This document shows positions 13,463 through 26,889 of a stretch of 64,000 bases of DNA, one piece after another. Source of the DNA: the human T2T-CHM13v2.0 reference genome, Homo sapiens; NCBI RefSeq assembly GCF_009914755.1, contig NC_060926.1; one strand, written 5' to 3'. How positions within the stretch are numbered: position 1 is the stretch's first letter; each line of letters opens with the position of its first letter. Under the pieces are notes generated by a model that saw nothing but the letters and a program-made list of their open reading frames with translations, did no database searches and was not told where the DNA came from. A program made the translations under genes and the position numbers.

Positions 13463-15414
13463 CTTGAGAGGAGGATGAAGAAGGTTATCAAAAGGCATGT
13501 TCTTTTTACATGTGTTAATTATTTTTTAATGAAATATATTCATCTATCACTGGACATTTAAACAGTTAGAAAATATTTAAGAATTCATAAAGAAGAAATC
13601 AAAATAATGAAGATGTTCTTGAATTTATTTTTTTATAGTCTTTTTTTCATAAAGAAAGACATTAATCCACAAAACTTCATTCCAGATCCCCTGAATTCAC
13701 TACTCACACAAGAGAAAAGTGGGGAAATTGAGAAAATTGCTCCATGATTATATTGAGATATAAAAATTTAGGAAACATAAGTTTACACTGTAAATCAGTT
13801 ATATAAACTGTCCAGACTTAACCCCGATTTTATGCACAACTAGGATTTAACTCCACATAGGAAATTGCAATGTAAAGTTCCTAAATTATTTTTTCCAGAT
13901 TTTTTTTTAATTCCTCCAACAGATGGCACAAGGTGGGGATATTCACATAAGACAGACTTGGATTGATGTTATGCTTTCCTTTTTCTGAATTCCTACTTCA
14001 CTTTGTACCAGTCTCACAGCACTTCCATTCTGTCATTCATTCTAACTTGCCCAAATGTTTTCATTTCCTTGTTATATGAACACTCTGTGGATGCCATGTC
14101 ATAGTCATGATTGTATTTCTGCTCTAGAATATAGATTTGTTGAATTAATCTGCAATTAGAGAAGACTTACAATCACCTTTCTCATTTCTCTACATCTAAT
14201 TAAACAATATGAAATGGGTACCAATGTGATTTGCAAAATACTCAAGTCCATCTAAAAATCTTCTCTCTCCATTTAACAGCAAAAAGCTTACTCGTCCCAA
14301 TAATAGAAGAAGAATGCAATGAAAAAAACAAATTCCTGTCCTCTGTGTCTTTGTGCTGATTGAGGAACAAAATCTGATGAAAACTGGTGAAGTTAAAAAA
14401 TAATGTTTGACACACATGCCAACAGAAAACATTTAAGACTGACATAGAAAAACTAAATAAAGTTAAGTGACACTTGACATTAAGTACACCAAAACAAATA
14501 TCAGCTGAGTATAAACATGAACTATTCCATATGTAGAAAATGGTTGTATAATTAAAAAATTATTTTAAGAGTTACTTTTTCACAAAATAACAAATATACG
14601 AGTGTATATACTTAGAAATTGTGTATTTATACATGCATCCATACAAATACACATATGCATACATACAAACACATATACATATACTTTACTCAGCCAGTAA
14701 GATAAAGTATATTCTTCCCTCTATGCCATCCCTAAGTCCACAAACTAAAGAACATGATGAGAAATGCCCACTTAAGAGAACGCAGTGGATGAGATTTTGG
14801 CCTCAAGTAAAAATGTTTAGAAAGCACTCAAAATGGTACACAAAACCTCTAAAATAATTGATACATACTGTCATTTGCATAGTTGCTAGAGGCTTAATAT
14901 GAGATTAAATTATACTATTGAAAATAGCTGCCAAAACCAAAACTGTGATAACCTATGTTGTTGGATCAAAGTATTCAAACAGCATTTGTTTCTAAAGCTC
15001 TATTTTACACATTTAAAATTGATATCATTTCTTACATATTGCCTGGCTCATGTTCAGATGCTTTTTCAAGCAGAAAAGTTTTCCTGCTAGATGACACAAA
15101 CATAAAGGTGCAGAACTGTGAACTGTGGTCCCAATTCACCAGATTAACACTGAGAACACAGGAAAGAATAAAGATATTCCTGCATTTAAACTAATAATAA
15201 TAATTAAAAAACAGAAACTAAATAGAAACATTCACTAACACACAGTTAAAAATGGTTGATTTAAAGACTATTCTATATGTTTGCCACAGCTGCATACCAC
15301 TTACTTCCTTTTAATGACAACATTAAACACAATGAGGATGGTTTTAAATGGCAAATTACACATGCTTCTGGATTTCGTACCAACATCATCAAAGAGTACA
15401 CATGCCTGACTTAC

Positions 15415-15451
15415 CAAGCAATGCGGGAATGCATAGCTAGTTGATAATGCC
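15415..15451 (-). CDS. 37-nt cassette exon (phase 1 GHYQLAMHSRIA; phase 0 GIIN*)
   Basis: TACTAAC branch point, tttgttttaag acceptor, TTG|gtaagt donor, downstream GCATG. Confidence 0.7.
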
Positions 15452-16011
15452 CTTAAAACAAAGTTAGTATGCATAAAAAGAAATGTCTTGCTCCTCTGTT
15501 TGTCTCTTTCTTAATACTGCCTTTTTAGGTTACTACAGTGTTCATGTGCATAAATGACACCTAGCAGACAACAAGATGATGCACCCACAGCAGTACCATT
15601 TCAGTGGTGCACATGCTTAGACTTATGTCTCAATACAGAATGGCTAGGGCAGGTGTGCTCCAGAGCTGAATATTTGAAGATCACATATTTACAGTTCCTA
15701 CACTTATTTAAGTACCATTAAATGATACTGCAGAAACTGACACCGAAACTTGTAGCTAATTTCTAAATATATTAATTATGTGAGCACCTGACATGAAAAA
15801 GATCACTCTAAAGAGAAAAAAAAGGGTGGGGGCGAAAATGGAAACATATTGATGGATTTTTCTTATCTTAAATTTATAAAATATTTATTAACACATATAC
15901 CTACCTCCCAGTGCCCATTACCAATGCCAAAAGGTCTAAATACATTTATGTAACTCAGACACACTGTAATTCATACAGATGATATTAAGAAGAAATAAAA
16001 TAATGTAATAC

Positions 16012-16023
16012 CTTTACTTTTAC
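16012..16023 (-). CDS. 12-nt microexon GTAAAAGTAAAG (phase 1 GKSK)
   Basis: Long pyrimidine-rich upstream tract, ccatag|...AAG|gtatta. Confidence 0.55.
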
Positions 16024-16717
16024 CTATGGATTTGATGAAATGGGTCCATGAAGAAAGGGTTTCCAGACAAAGAGGATAAAGAGGAGAAAAACAACAATAA
16101 GTATTATGAACATATGTAAAGCCACTACTCTCTGAAAATTAAACAAGACATGAAAGTATAAACAAGGTTTTGAAGACAAATGGAGATGCAATCAGGACAT
16201 GTTGGGAATTCTGCCTTTTTTGAAGGCAAGTACATGCAAAAAACTGAAAGGCCCATGCTCAGTTTTAAAAGATCACACAAAAGAGAGACATACAATAAAT
16301 CTACGTAGAGAAAGTATTGATTCTGTGGAACACTATACTCAGCATTCTACAAGCCAGAAGCCAAAGATGTCTGCATGTTCCCAAACTGTCATGCATGGAT
16401 GAAAAATGGACTTATTTTTTGGATACAGTGGTTTAAACTGAGGATCTTCTTTCAGACAGCAACTTCTGATGGTTCTCGGTTTTTCTTTACCATAACCACC
16501 CTTTACTGCATATGCTGATAAGTATATAGAAACTTTCAATCACAATTTCTTATGTCTCATTTATTTGCAAATATTATAATGCAAGAAATGAAGGAAAATA
16601 AAAGCCACAGGAACAAACCAAAATCAAACGAACAAAGAAATGGAAGAAAAACACATGAAAAAATGTGAACAAAAGATATGTATTTAATTTGCAGCCATAT
16701 AATTTGCAAGCATTTGC

Positions 16718-16747
16718 CCATCCTTTGCAGTGATGGTTTGAAAGCAG
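16718..16747 (-). CDS. Possible 30-nt exon (phase 1 AAFKPSLQRM) with a GC donor
   Basis: Strong acceptor tgttttcttgttctgtag; donor TGG|gcaaat is weak and non-canonical. Confidence 0.3.
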
Positions 16748-16800
16748 CTACAGAACAAGAAAACACTGAAAGCAGAGTGGAAAAGGAACAGAGCCCATAC

Positions 16801-16830
16801 CTTGGTCGCCCATCATCAGGTGCGCCAGAC
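16801..16830 (-). CDS. 30-nt microexon (phase 1 GLAHLMMGDQ)
   Basis: tgctcttgtttcccttcaag|GTCTGGCGCACCTGATGATGGGCGACCAAG|gtatgg; retains 2 CpGs in an AT-rich context. Confidence 0.75.
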
Positions 16831-18529
16831 CTTGAAGGGAAACAAGAGCACAGTCAGCAATAAACAAGGGAGCATGGGAAGGCAGGGTTGTCACGGTGAC
16901 AAAAATGTTCAGTGACAGACATCTCTTTTCCTATGAGACATGTCTGTATCACAGAGGCAAATCAAAAAGCATTCTTTCAACCCCTGGTTGGAATGCTTTG
17001 GGGCAAAGTGTTCTAGAACTGCGTTTTAAACACTGGCATATGCTGCACTGTGTATTTCTTCCATGCATCAGTTGGAACAACCAAGAGCACAAGAGCATGA
17101 CTTAAAATCCAACCAAACCCCTCAATATTACATCTGCCCTCTGTGCCCTTTAATGAGACTGTTTTGCATATTGCCCCCACAGGGCTTGTAATTCTTCAGT
17201 GATGAAATTACATTTTTTTAAAACCCAATGGAATACATGAAACATGGGCTGGGTCTGATCTTTTTCCCCTCATCAAAAAATGAGCATTTTATAATTAAAT
17301 GAAGAAAAAAAAATTGTAGTCACATTGAAATGATAATGCAGAAATGTCTCCTTGTCTGACACATGTAGCGGCTGACTAGGCTTGTTCAAATACAAAATGA
17401 TCATTAGACATGCAGTTGTAAAGCTAGAATTTACTACAAAAAAGGGTTTTTAAGAAACAATGGGTCAGCTGCAAATACACTAAAGCAATTTTCCTCAGAG
17501 AACAAAATTATTTGAGATTTCACCTAAATATTTCTTAAATGCTGAACTCTAAGTTAGTGTAAAGATACATATTACAGATGTAATTTCATCAAGGAATTCT
17601 TTAAAGGACATTGAAATTCCTTTATTTAATTTATTTATTATTTCCTGCTTGACAATTCACTTCAAACTGAAGAGCACTTCTCTTCTAAATAATACTACTA
17701 ACATGCTTTCAAAAATTCTTTTGCTATTCAAGAAGTTACTTTTTACTGAAAGGCATAATTCCTAGCTTTTTATTTTAAATTCAGAAATAAAGCTATTTCT
17801 CTATCCATGTATATGTCTACAATACGGGAAAATGTTAGAGAAATACACATTTATCAGTTTTAATAAACTTGTATTTTCAATTTCCAGTGCTATTTCAGAT
17901 ATATTTGAAACTTTATTTGAGCTATATAACATTACACATTGGTTTCATCAGTATTTAAATTATCTGTGTTGTTTTCTTAAAATTTTAGGGGTATTCAAAC
18001 ATCTCTGTAGGCTAGATATAATTACAAATAATCATCTAATCACAATATAACATGAAAGTTATTAAACACAGTAGTGTGATGCCTCTGAACTGTAGCCTCT
18101 CTGTATTTTCTGAGTGATTTTAACAAAAAGTTCACACAGGCAGATTCAACAGCTTATGATCTATTGATAATTCATAGTGTTTTATATGCTGATAGTGGCT
18201 TATTTGTCCAGGTTACATATTTTTTCATTTAATTTCACTTTTAAAACTACTACAGATATTTCCAAGTAACATTTTATAAGTTTTATGGACTAAATGAGGA
18301 AATTGTCTTGAAGATCTACCTTTTAGAAAATATATTAGGTACTTCCAACGGTTTTGATGCTACATCAATAAGGATGGAAATTCACTAATCCCCAAAGAAT
18401 TCACATTCTTCCTGCTAGACTTTCTACCTATACTGTAAAGGTCATATTATAGATAGAAATATTAAAATTATGATTGAACAGACTTTATTACAATAGCTTA
18501 TGGGCCTATATTCTAAAAATAAATCTTAC

Positions 18530-18592
18530 CATGGGATGAGTGTGTGTGAAAAGAGAGAAGCATTCATGCTAATTAGGCTGATTTTAAAGCCT
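18530..18592 (-). CDS. Possible 63-nt exon (phase 1 EALKSA*)
   Basis: Pyrimidine tract ...cccaag acceptor and ATG|gtaaga donor. Confidence 0.3.
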
Positions 18593-19522
18593 CTTGGGAT
18601 GCAATAGGATTTTAAGAGAAAAGAAAAGCATTTCACAGGATGGATAAGGAAATGCAAAAGAAGTTGAAAAGATACCTCTAAAAAATAACTTTTAAACTCA
18701 GTTGACATGCACAATATAAATGAGACTGACTTCAAAAGATATTAGGCCTGCAGGGTAATATATCATTTTTATCAAGTATATACTCACATGCAATTAAAAT
18801 TATAGTATACAAAAACAGAAGCCATATATGGATACAACACTTAGAAAATAGTAATTTATGATTTCTTTTAAAGTTTTAATCTATTTTATTTAAATAACAA
18901 AACAGAAATGTTCAGCAGCTAAGCAATTATAATATTATCCATGTACGAATCACAAATATAATGTTTACCCCTGCTACTGGTCAACTCTGTATTATCATGA
19001 AGTGTTCTTTCTTAGATACATGAAGTCTTGGTAACCTTAATGGCTATTTATCTGTAACCTGGGATAGGGAGTCTTTTTCTAAGAAATCCTTCATTCTATG
19101 GAAATGTACATTTACAGAATGACTATATTTCAAAATATGGTAGTAAAATAAAATATACTAAATGCTGTCTTCCCATATACAAATATTAGTAAATTAGTAA
19201 ATCTTTATGTAGGAACTGTTAATGCTGTGAATATATAAGTTGATAGAACATATATAATTTGATAAAACCTTCCCTTTCACCATTCTTTTGTTATGCCTTG
19301 TTCTTTTTGCATGTTAACACTTTGAAGATTTGTTTGTAGCACACTGACTAATGCATTTAAGTTCTTAAAAAATGAGAATAAGGAAATATGTTTTAATTTG
19401 CTGGATTCTACAGGAAAATATATAAGCTATATAACTTCTTCAAAATTCCTTGACAGAGATAATTTTTTATAAAAGACTGAATAAAATATTTAGCAGGCAA
19501 AAAATATTACAAATATACTTAC

Positions 19523-19571
19523 CAGGAATCATATCGAAATGCTGTATGCTTTCATGTCCACTGGCCAATGG
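19523..19571 (-). CDS. Possible exon ending at a strong donor (phase 1 AIGQWT*); 5' boundary uncertain
   Basis: CTG|gtaagtat donor; only weak acceptors at 19571, 19584 or 19682. Confidence 0.3.
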
Positions 19572-19904
19572 CTTATTTTTTAATCTAAATTTATGTCTCT
19601 TACTTATACTCAGTACTTTATTGCATTCTTTTTATACATCCAATCATTTTAAACAAACCAATGGGCTTGAAATGAGATAATGCTAAATTTTGCCAGAATA
19701 GAATAAGTCATTTTGATAAAAAATGGAAAAAGGATCATGCACTGTCTTATGAAACTACAAAGAAATATTTTGTCTTTTAAAGTAAAAAAAGCAGAATTGT
19801 TATCATTTTTCTCATACAGAACACTGTAATAACTATTCTAAGCTTCATATGGGATGCTGAGGTCTAACAAGGGTTGGAGTTAAGCTTGAAAAAGTTTCAT
19901 ATAC

Positions 19905-19935
19905 TTGGGATGGCAGGGTTGAGAATGTATGTGTT
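19905..19935 (-). CDS. Possible 31-nt exon (phase 1 EHIHSQPCHP)
   Basis: tatcacttttcatacag acceptor; weak donor CAA|gtatat. Confidence 0.35.
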
Positions 19936-19997
19936 CTGTATGAAAAGTGATACACAATCCAGAAACCAACAAATGTTCAGAAAGAAGTTCAACTTAC

Positions 19998-20027
19998 CAT
20001 CTAACTTCAAGATGTACCCTATTAGTA
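19998..20027 (-). CDS. 30-nt (or 21-nt) microexon (phase 1 VLIGYILKLD / GYILKLD)
   Basis: tttgtcctttatttcttag|tactaatag|GGTAC...GATG|gtaagt; two in-frame acceptors 9 nt apart. Confidence 0.65.
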
Positions 20028-20080
20028 CTAAGAAATAAAGGACAAATGAGAGTTGGAAAAATAAGGTAGAAAGCACCCAC

Positions 20081-20098
20081 CTTCCACATTGTTGTCTT
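20081..20098 (-). CDS. 18-nt microexon (phase 1 EDNNVE)
   Basis: tttttccttttctctccctccttgtcatgtgctttcag|AAGACAACAATGTGGAAG|gtgggt. Confidence 0.7.
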
Positions 20099-20164
20099 CT
20101 GAAAGCACATGACAAGGAGGGAGAGAAAAGGAAAAACATTCATTAAGCAGCATGCAGACTGGAC

Positions 20165-20224
20165 CTTGCCTTTGCATGTCTTCCTCATGCAAGGCACCAA
20201 ACACATCATGCAAGTGCTCCATCA
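20165..20224 (-). CDS. 60-nt candidate exon (phase 1 VMEHLHDVFGALHEEDMQRQ)
   Basis: ttttgttttcccccttgaatgatag acceptor, CAAG|gtccag donor; same frame as EDNNVE in ORF 20028..20231. Confidence 0.45.
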
Positions 20225-22909
20225 CTATCATTCAAGGGGGAAAACAAAATCACAGGGAAGCAGGTTCCCTCCCATTGGCAGCATTGATAGGAAGTGAGAC
20301 AAACTTTCATAATACTGCCATGCCCTGTGCAAAGAGTTTTTAAAAAAATCTTTCAACTACCCAGTATAAAGCAAACATTATTGTTATTACATGTTGCTGG
20401 TGTGGTCTTTCTAGGCAATTATTTTTAAAAGCTTTTTTGTTTTCTTTTTAACAATTCTAAAAGGTTCTATTTCCACATACTGATTTGGCCTTAGATTTTA
20501 AGAAGTCTATTGGAAAGAGCTATGAAATTTCACTTAAAGATATTCCAGTTCTACCAAATATATTATCCATATGCCATTACTGCCTTTTAGTATTTCTAAT
20601 ACCTCAATTGCTTTCCTTAAAGAAAAACAACGTAACTATATGGAACTAAAATCTGCAATTTATTTGGTTAATTTATAGCATATTAATATTGTATTGCAAA
20701 TGAGAATAGTTTATTGGAATTTATAAAAATGCTAACTTTTAAAAATGTTAGGTAGGAAAGTGATCACTGGAAGAGAAGTCCACTGGGAACTGTCCATAAG
20801 GCAATTTGGTTTGTCGTGATTTAAAAACTTTGTACTTCTGTTGAGGATGTGAATATGAATTTGTTTGAGACAATGAAAATATTTAGCTCAATTTCTCTTA
20901 TATTTCTATATATCTATAAAATACCTACATGTTTTCATATATTTTGTTAGTCATATTTCCATGTGTGTACCTATGTATATATGTATAAACATATATATCC
21001 AAGCAGATTTGTATTTCCCAAGATAATCAATATAAATATATAAGGTTTAAAGTATTATTAGTACCTAGTGGAAAATTCAAGTTCTATTTGAGACTCGGGG
21101 CCTGCAATCCCGGCAAGAAATGGAAGGGAAAGCTGTCTTAGGGGACTAGGGCAAGAGCAAGGTTTCAGTAGTTATCAAAAATGTTCTAATAGTAAACTCT
21201 ACCCATGTTGACATTCTAGTCTCATCCTTATTTTTTGTTTAATTAATTGTACTTTATAAACTCATCATCTGATCAGAGGTGTTTATAAACATGGCAACAT
21301 GCAAGTATAGAAACTTGAAAGCAAAAACAACTAAGAATGTACCATTTGATTAGGTTCACCTAAAACCTTCTTAATTGGATAAAGTTACTAGTGAATTAAA
21401 AATCAACAATTTTGTTTAAAACATTTCAGCTGAAAATTGAAGTATCAACACAGGCACATCTACTGATGTGGTGTTAGCATGTAATAGAAAATGGCTGGTG
21501 GCTAAATGTGGGTAATAACATCTTTACACAATACTTGGTTTTCCAGAGTTTATTTTTAAAGAAACAACAAAAAAAACTTTCAAATATTTGGTCTGTGATA
21601 TTGACTTCTAGTTTGTTTTTGTTTGTTTTTTGGACTGCCAATTTATTAAACAAGGAATTAGGCTGAATTTGTTACTTTTCAGTGGTGACTTTGATGTTAC
21701 ACAAACACAAATATTAAAGTTTTGTTTTACTGCATTATATTGGACATAATACAAAGATATAAATTATTGTAATGTTTAAGATATACTTTTCCTGTATATT
21801 AACTTTGAAATTGTATCTTCTGTTTAAGATGCTTACTTAACAAGATTATTTAATATGTATTGTAAAATAATAAAATCAGGGAATTTAGAGGAGAGTCATG
21901 TGCCAAGACAGTATGTCAATTGCTACAGCATTATTTAATTTCTGTAAAGACGGGCAAATATGGTTGTGAGGAGCAGTGCTTCGGTAGAAATTTTGGTAAA
22001 GTGTGGCCTAAAACTACAATTAAAAAAAAAGGAAAGAAAAGCAAACCAACAAAATGAAACAGGCCCAGGCCTGACACCAACTTTAGGAATGCACTAAGTA
22101 GGGCATTATAAAAGGAGTTCAAGGTCACTGATTCAGTCCTGACGGCAAGTTCTCCTTTCATGACCATAGATACAAGCCTAGGTTTTGCCATGGATCCTAC
22201 TCTACCATCTAGCATTTTTTTCTGAATTCTTATTCATAATGAGAACAAGCTTAATAATGGGAATTCCTTTAAACGATCCAAGTCATGTTTAATGTGTAAA
22301 CAAATTCTGACTCGACTAAATCCAGAAAAGTGGTCTGTCTCAGAAAATTTAGATTTAGAAAAAAAAAATCAAAGTACTAGAATAAATGGGTGATATATTA
22401 ACCACTGTTTAAAAAAAAGATGGTGATGATGATGAAGACAACTGGCTTGGAGCAGACTTTCCTTGAGTTTCCATATACTTTCAGATTCAATCTCAGAATA
22501 AAAATCCTCTTTCCTCTTCCATTCTATTCTATTCTGGTATCCATTTGCTAACTTTACATAATTTAAAACTTGTTAACCTAAAGAAAATCCCTACATTATT
22601 TCAGAATTTGGACGTGATTATAACTGGTGGTAGCTCCAGCATTTACAACCATTCTCCAGGTATTTTTTTCCCTTCTCTTTCCTTTCCATTTTATTTCTGT
22701 ACTAAATAATAAATGTCGAGTCAAAAAAGAATAGTTTATCTCCTCATAACAATTTTTTCTTTATCTTTGTAAATTCTTATACACACAAATGCTACTTTGC
22801 TTTTGAGCAGCAACAAAGACAGGTGCTGAATTTTGGCATGCCACGGTGTACAGGTAAAGCAGCATATTTTGGTTTAGTGTAAGGTAGAAAGCAGTCCATC
22901 CGGCCTTAC

Positions 22910-23045
22910 CTGTGGACACTGTCAAGTTAGGGAAAATCTCTTGGTTTGCAGAAAACCCTGGCTTCTTAATTCTGCTGACCTAATCCTTGCTGAGTAAATG
23001 AAGTGCGTCTCTTAATCATTAACTTTACTACGATGACCACGCCAC
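22910..23045 (-). CDS. 136-nt stop-containing cassette exon (phase 2 RWRGHRSKVND*; phase 0 VAWSS*; phase 1 GGVVIV...GQQN*)
   Basis: gtgatctttatag|GTGGCG...CACAG|gtaagg; CpG retention. Confidence 0.7.
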
Positions 23046-26002
23046 CTATAAAGATCACACTCTTGCTTTCTTTTCATTGGAAAAATAATGAATATAGAGC
23101 TGTGAAAAAGATACTTTACATTTTATTTTTCTTTCAGATAGGATGGGCTTCTCTCACAAAGATGGGAATTAGGCACCAGAATATCAATCATGCTATGAAT
23201 AATGGCTGTGTGCTGACAAGAAGGCAAGCAACAGCCTGTTTTAAAATCACTGTAAAAGAGCATCTTCACAAAATTTTTATCTTCGGCCCCCAGCTTATAA
23301 GAATGCAAGGACAGTAACTTTAGTTTATCATTCCAGTGTTCTTTGCACATACTCTTAAGTATACGGTTCTAGGAAAACAAATGAATACAAAAACAAATGT
23401 GCTTGTTTCAATATAAAGAAAATCATGACCAGTAAAAAATTAAAATTTGGAATAAAATATCACAAAAATCTCCTTTCTGTATAATCAGTGCTAAAGTTTG
23501 GCAATATGTAAGTCTTTCTCTAAATGTACAGACAGTGGTCCATTTAGTGCTACAACTTACATTAAAAAATGACCAAAAGAAGCTTCCTGATATCACTTGG
23601 GCATTCCTTTACTTCTTTAATTTTTGGTTTCCTTCCTTCTCTGCTAGATGCCTGTGACTGGCTCCCCTCATTTTCCTTGATTCCCTCTCTCCTCCATCAA
23701 AACTGCCACTACTGCGAGTAGCTTCTGTCCCAGATACCAGCACTCCAAGGTATGGCATATTACAGCAAAACTGGTGGTGGTAACAGGCAGTGGAAAGACA
23801 GATGAAGAATAAGATTCTATTTCCTTCCTCCATACAGGGAGTGTGCTAACTTCTATCCACGTCTCTCTCGCCCATCACATTACTTCTCAAGCCTGTACTC
23901 CTCATTTTGGAGATCAAATGCCAGTACAGCAGAGCTTAGTTCCCATGGTGGCACAGGATGGAGCTTTGTTTTTTCTTTTGGTATTAGCAGTGAAAGCCTT
24001 TAAAAAACCTCAATAGTCTGGGAATGCTTCAAGCACTGGGAAATGGAGGAAATCATTGAGACTGTGGATTAAAGCAGCAGTCAGCTGAAGGAATAGAAAT
24101 GCGGCCCAGAACCAAGACGATGTTCAAAGAGAAAATGAAGCATAAAGGTCCATTATGGAGACTTAGGGAAGGAAAGAAATGGTCCTGGACAGGAATTGGG
24201 CTAATTTCAAACATGCTTTTTAACAGAGGACATCACCTCCTTTTTCAATCCCAGCTAAATAATATTGCAGGACACTCCCACCCAGCCTGCTTGGAGTACT
24301 CATCCTAGGAAATATATGGAGTCAACTACAACAACCAGTTTTTCTCCTTCTTCACTGCTCGGGAATAAAAAATGTATCTCTAAACCGGATGCAGCAACAC
24401 AGATGTTCCTGGCATCACACTAGAAACACTTAAAACAATTTCCCCCCAAAATATTTTGTTACAAAGACATTTGTGGTATTTAATTCAAAATGTTCTATCT
24501 TGTTAATGACAATTAAAAGAAAGAAGAGAAAAAGAGAAAGGGGGCAGGAGGAAGGAAAAGCAAGAAAGCCTAAAGTTATTGCGATTTATAGTGATTAAGC
24601 TATTTGATGAACCTGATGAAATTTAATAACTGTTAGTCAACATATTATAATATAAATCGAATGACTCACATAAGCTATAATGAATTCAATTTCAAATTTT
24701 CATGAGGAACTACTACAAGGATTTTCAAATTTGTTTTGCTTTGATAATCTCAGTTCTTCCCCAAGTCTAAATCTTGAGAGTTAACATTTCAACATTCATT
24801 TCAATAGTTGGACTTAGGAAGGAACACTGAATTTAACAGTGACTGTAAACATGGTGACAAGCACAGTCTACAGTATGTGTGCTCACACCACCTATTTTTA
24901 TTTTTTATTGCTGAGAAATGAATGCTTCCTGATACGGAATTGACAGACAACACTGAGCAGAGTGCTTATCACATACCCTCCCAACCAAGCTTAATCACTG
25001 TTAAACAACTCTCCTAAGAAAGGTGGCTCAGGTGAGCAGTGCTTTCCTTTCTAAGAGTTTGACGTCATCATATTTTAGGATACAGAGCAAGAAAGCTCTT
25101 GGACTGAGGTTAAGAGAGTGAACTTAAATACACCCTACCTACTTTCCCAACTTACCAACCCTTCTAGTGGTTATGTGGTTTTGACTTCTTTGTTAACAGA
25201 TGGACAGGAGACATCCTTTGGCCTGTGTATTACCATCAGAGAATATTCTGCAATGTGTTCTAGGTTTGCTATCATTAAGATGAAAAGTAGGTGAACTCCC
25301 ACTAATAAGACTAATGGTCTTCATTTGAAAGAGCTGTCAAATGTCTACTGGTATATAAATTTTTTTCACCATTTTTTTTCATCTTACTACAGATGTTTTT
25401 CAACTAAATATTAAAATACTCTTAACTTTATTATTCTATACCTGGGTTCTTAGACATGTCCAAAACAAATCTATTTAATTTATCTAAGAAAAGGCAAAAA
25501 TACTTTGTGATGAAATTAAAAATATGACTAAACCACATTGTAAAAAGGAGTCTTAAGTTTGATGCTTAAAAATTACATTTACATGCAGTGTACAGAAAAT
25601 AAAATTATTTATATGATATGACCGACCTGACAATTATACATTCTTTTTATATCAAAGAAAAAATGAAATTTTATATCAAATTAAAAATATTTTATATTGT
25701 TATCTTCACTTCAATAGGACCCTCACATATGTAACAAACAGCTTGGAAGGAAGCTATTCCTTGGAAGGAAAAATGCACAGCATATTAAAAGGATTTGATT
25801 TTTCATTTCTTCAGAGCTCTTAGTTTTTCATTTTATATGGTGTTAAAAATTCACTGTATTTACATGTGTCAGTTTATGACTAAATTAATTTCAAAGTTTT
25901 ATGAAAATCACTGAAAATTATTTTAAAAGGAATAGGCCATTCTTAGCTAAATAAATTAGATCATACATTGAAATTTTCCAGGAGGCTCTCGGGATTGATT
26001 AA

Positions 26003-26227
<225 letters not shown>

Positions 26228-26248
26228 AAAAAATATTACTTATAATCA

Positions 26249-26446
26249 GGCTGAGCACGGTGGTTCACACCTGTAATCCCAGTACTTTGGGAGGCTGAGG
26301 AAAGTGGATCACTTGGTGTCAGGAGTTCGAGACTAGCCTGGCTAACATGGTAAAACCCCATCTCTACTACAAAGACAAAAATTGGCTGGGCATGGTGGCA
26401 CATGCCTGTAATCCCAGCTACTCAGGAGGCTGAGGAAGGAGAATCA
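26249..26446 (+). mobile_element. 3'-truncated AluS
   Basis: Alu consensus up to ggagaatca, then abuts L1. Confidence 0.9.
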
Positions 26447-26889
26447 TCCTTCCTTCCTGCTCACTTTTGGTTTCCATTTACATGGAATATCTTTTTCCAC
26501 CTCTTTACATTAAGTTTATGTGAGTCCCTATGTATTAGGTCAATCTCTTGAAGACAGCAAATACTTGGTTGGTAGATTGTTACCCATTTTGCCATTCTGT
26601 ATCTTTTAAGTGGAGCATTTAGGCCATTGACATCAATGTTAATATCATATGTTCCCACTTACAAGTGGGAACTAAGCTATGAGGACACAAAGGCAAACAT
26701 AATAGACTCTGGGGACTCAAGGGAAAGGGCAGGAGAGGAGTAAGGGATACAAGATACACATTAGGTACAGTGTACACTGCTCGGGTGATGGGTGCACCAA
26801 CGTCTCAGAAATCGCCACTAAAGAACTTATCCATGCAACCAAACACAACCTGTTCCCAAAAATCTATTGAAATAATTTAAAAAAATAAT
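26447..26889. mobile_element. L1PB-like relic: inverted ORF2 endonuclease start (26447-26645, -) joined to 3'UTR/poly(A) (26646-26889, +)
   Basis: ORF 26461..26658 NVNGLNAPLKR...ICCLQE is the L1 ORF2 N-terminus; the 3' part matches the L1PB 3' end. Confidence 0.85.

Noticed and set aside
21600-21880. Plus-strand 3'UTR-like U-rich stretch ending in AATAAA (21869-21874)
   Set aside because: No supporting plus-strand exons, and AATAAA is frequent in this AT-rich DNA
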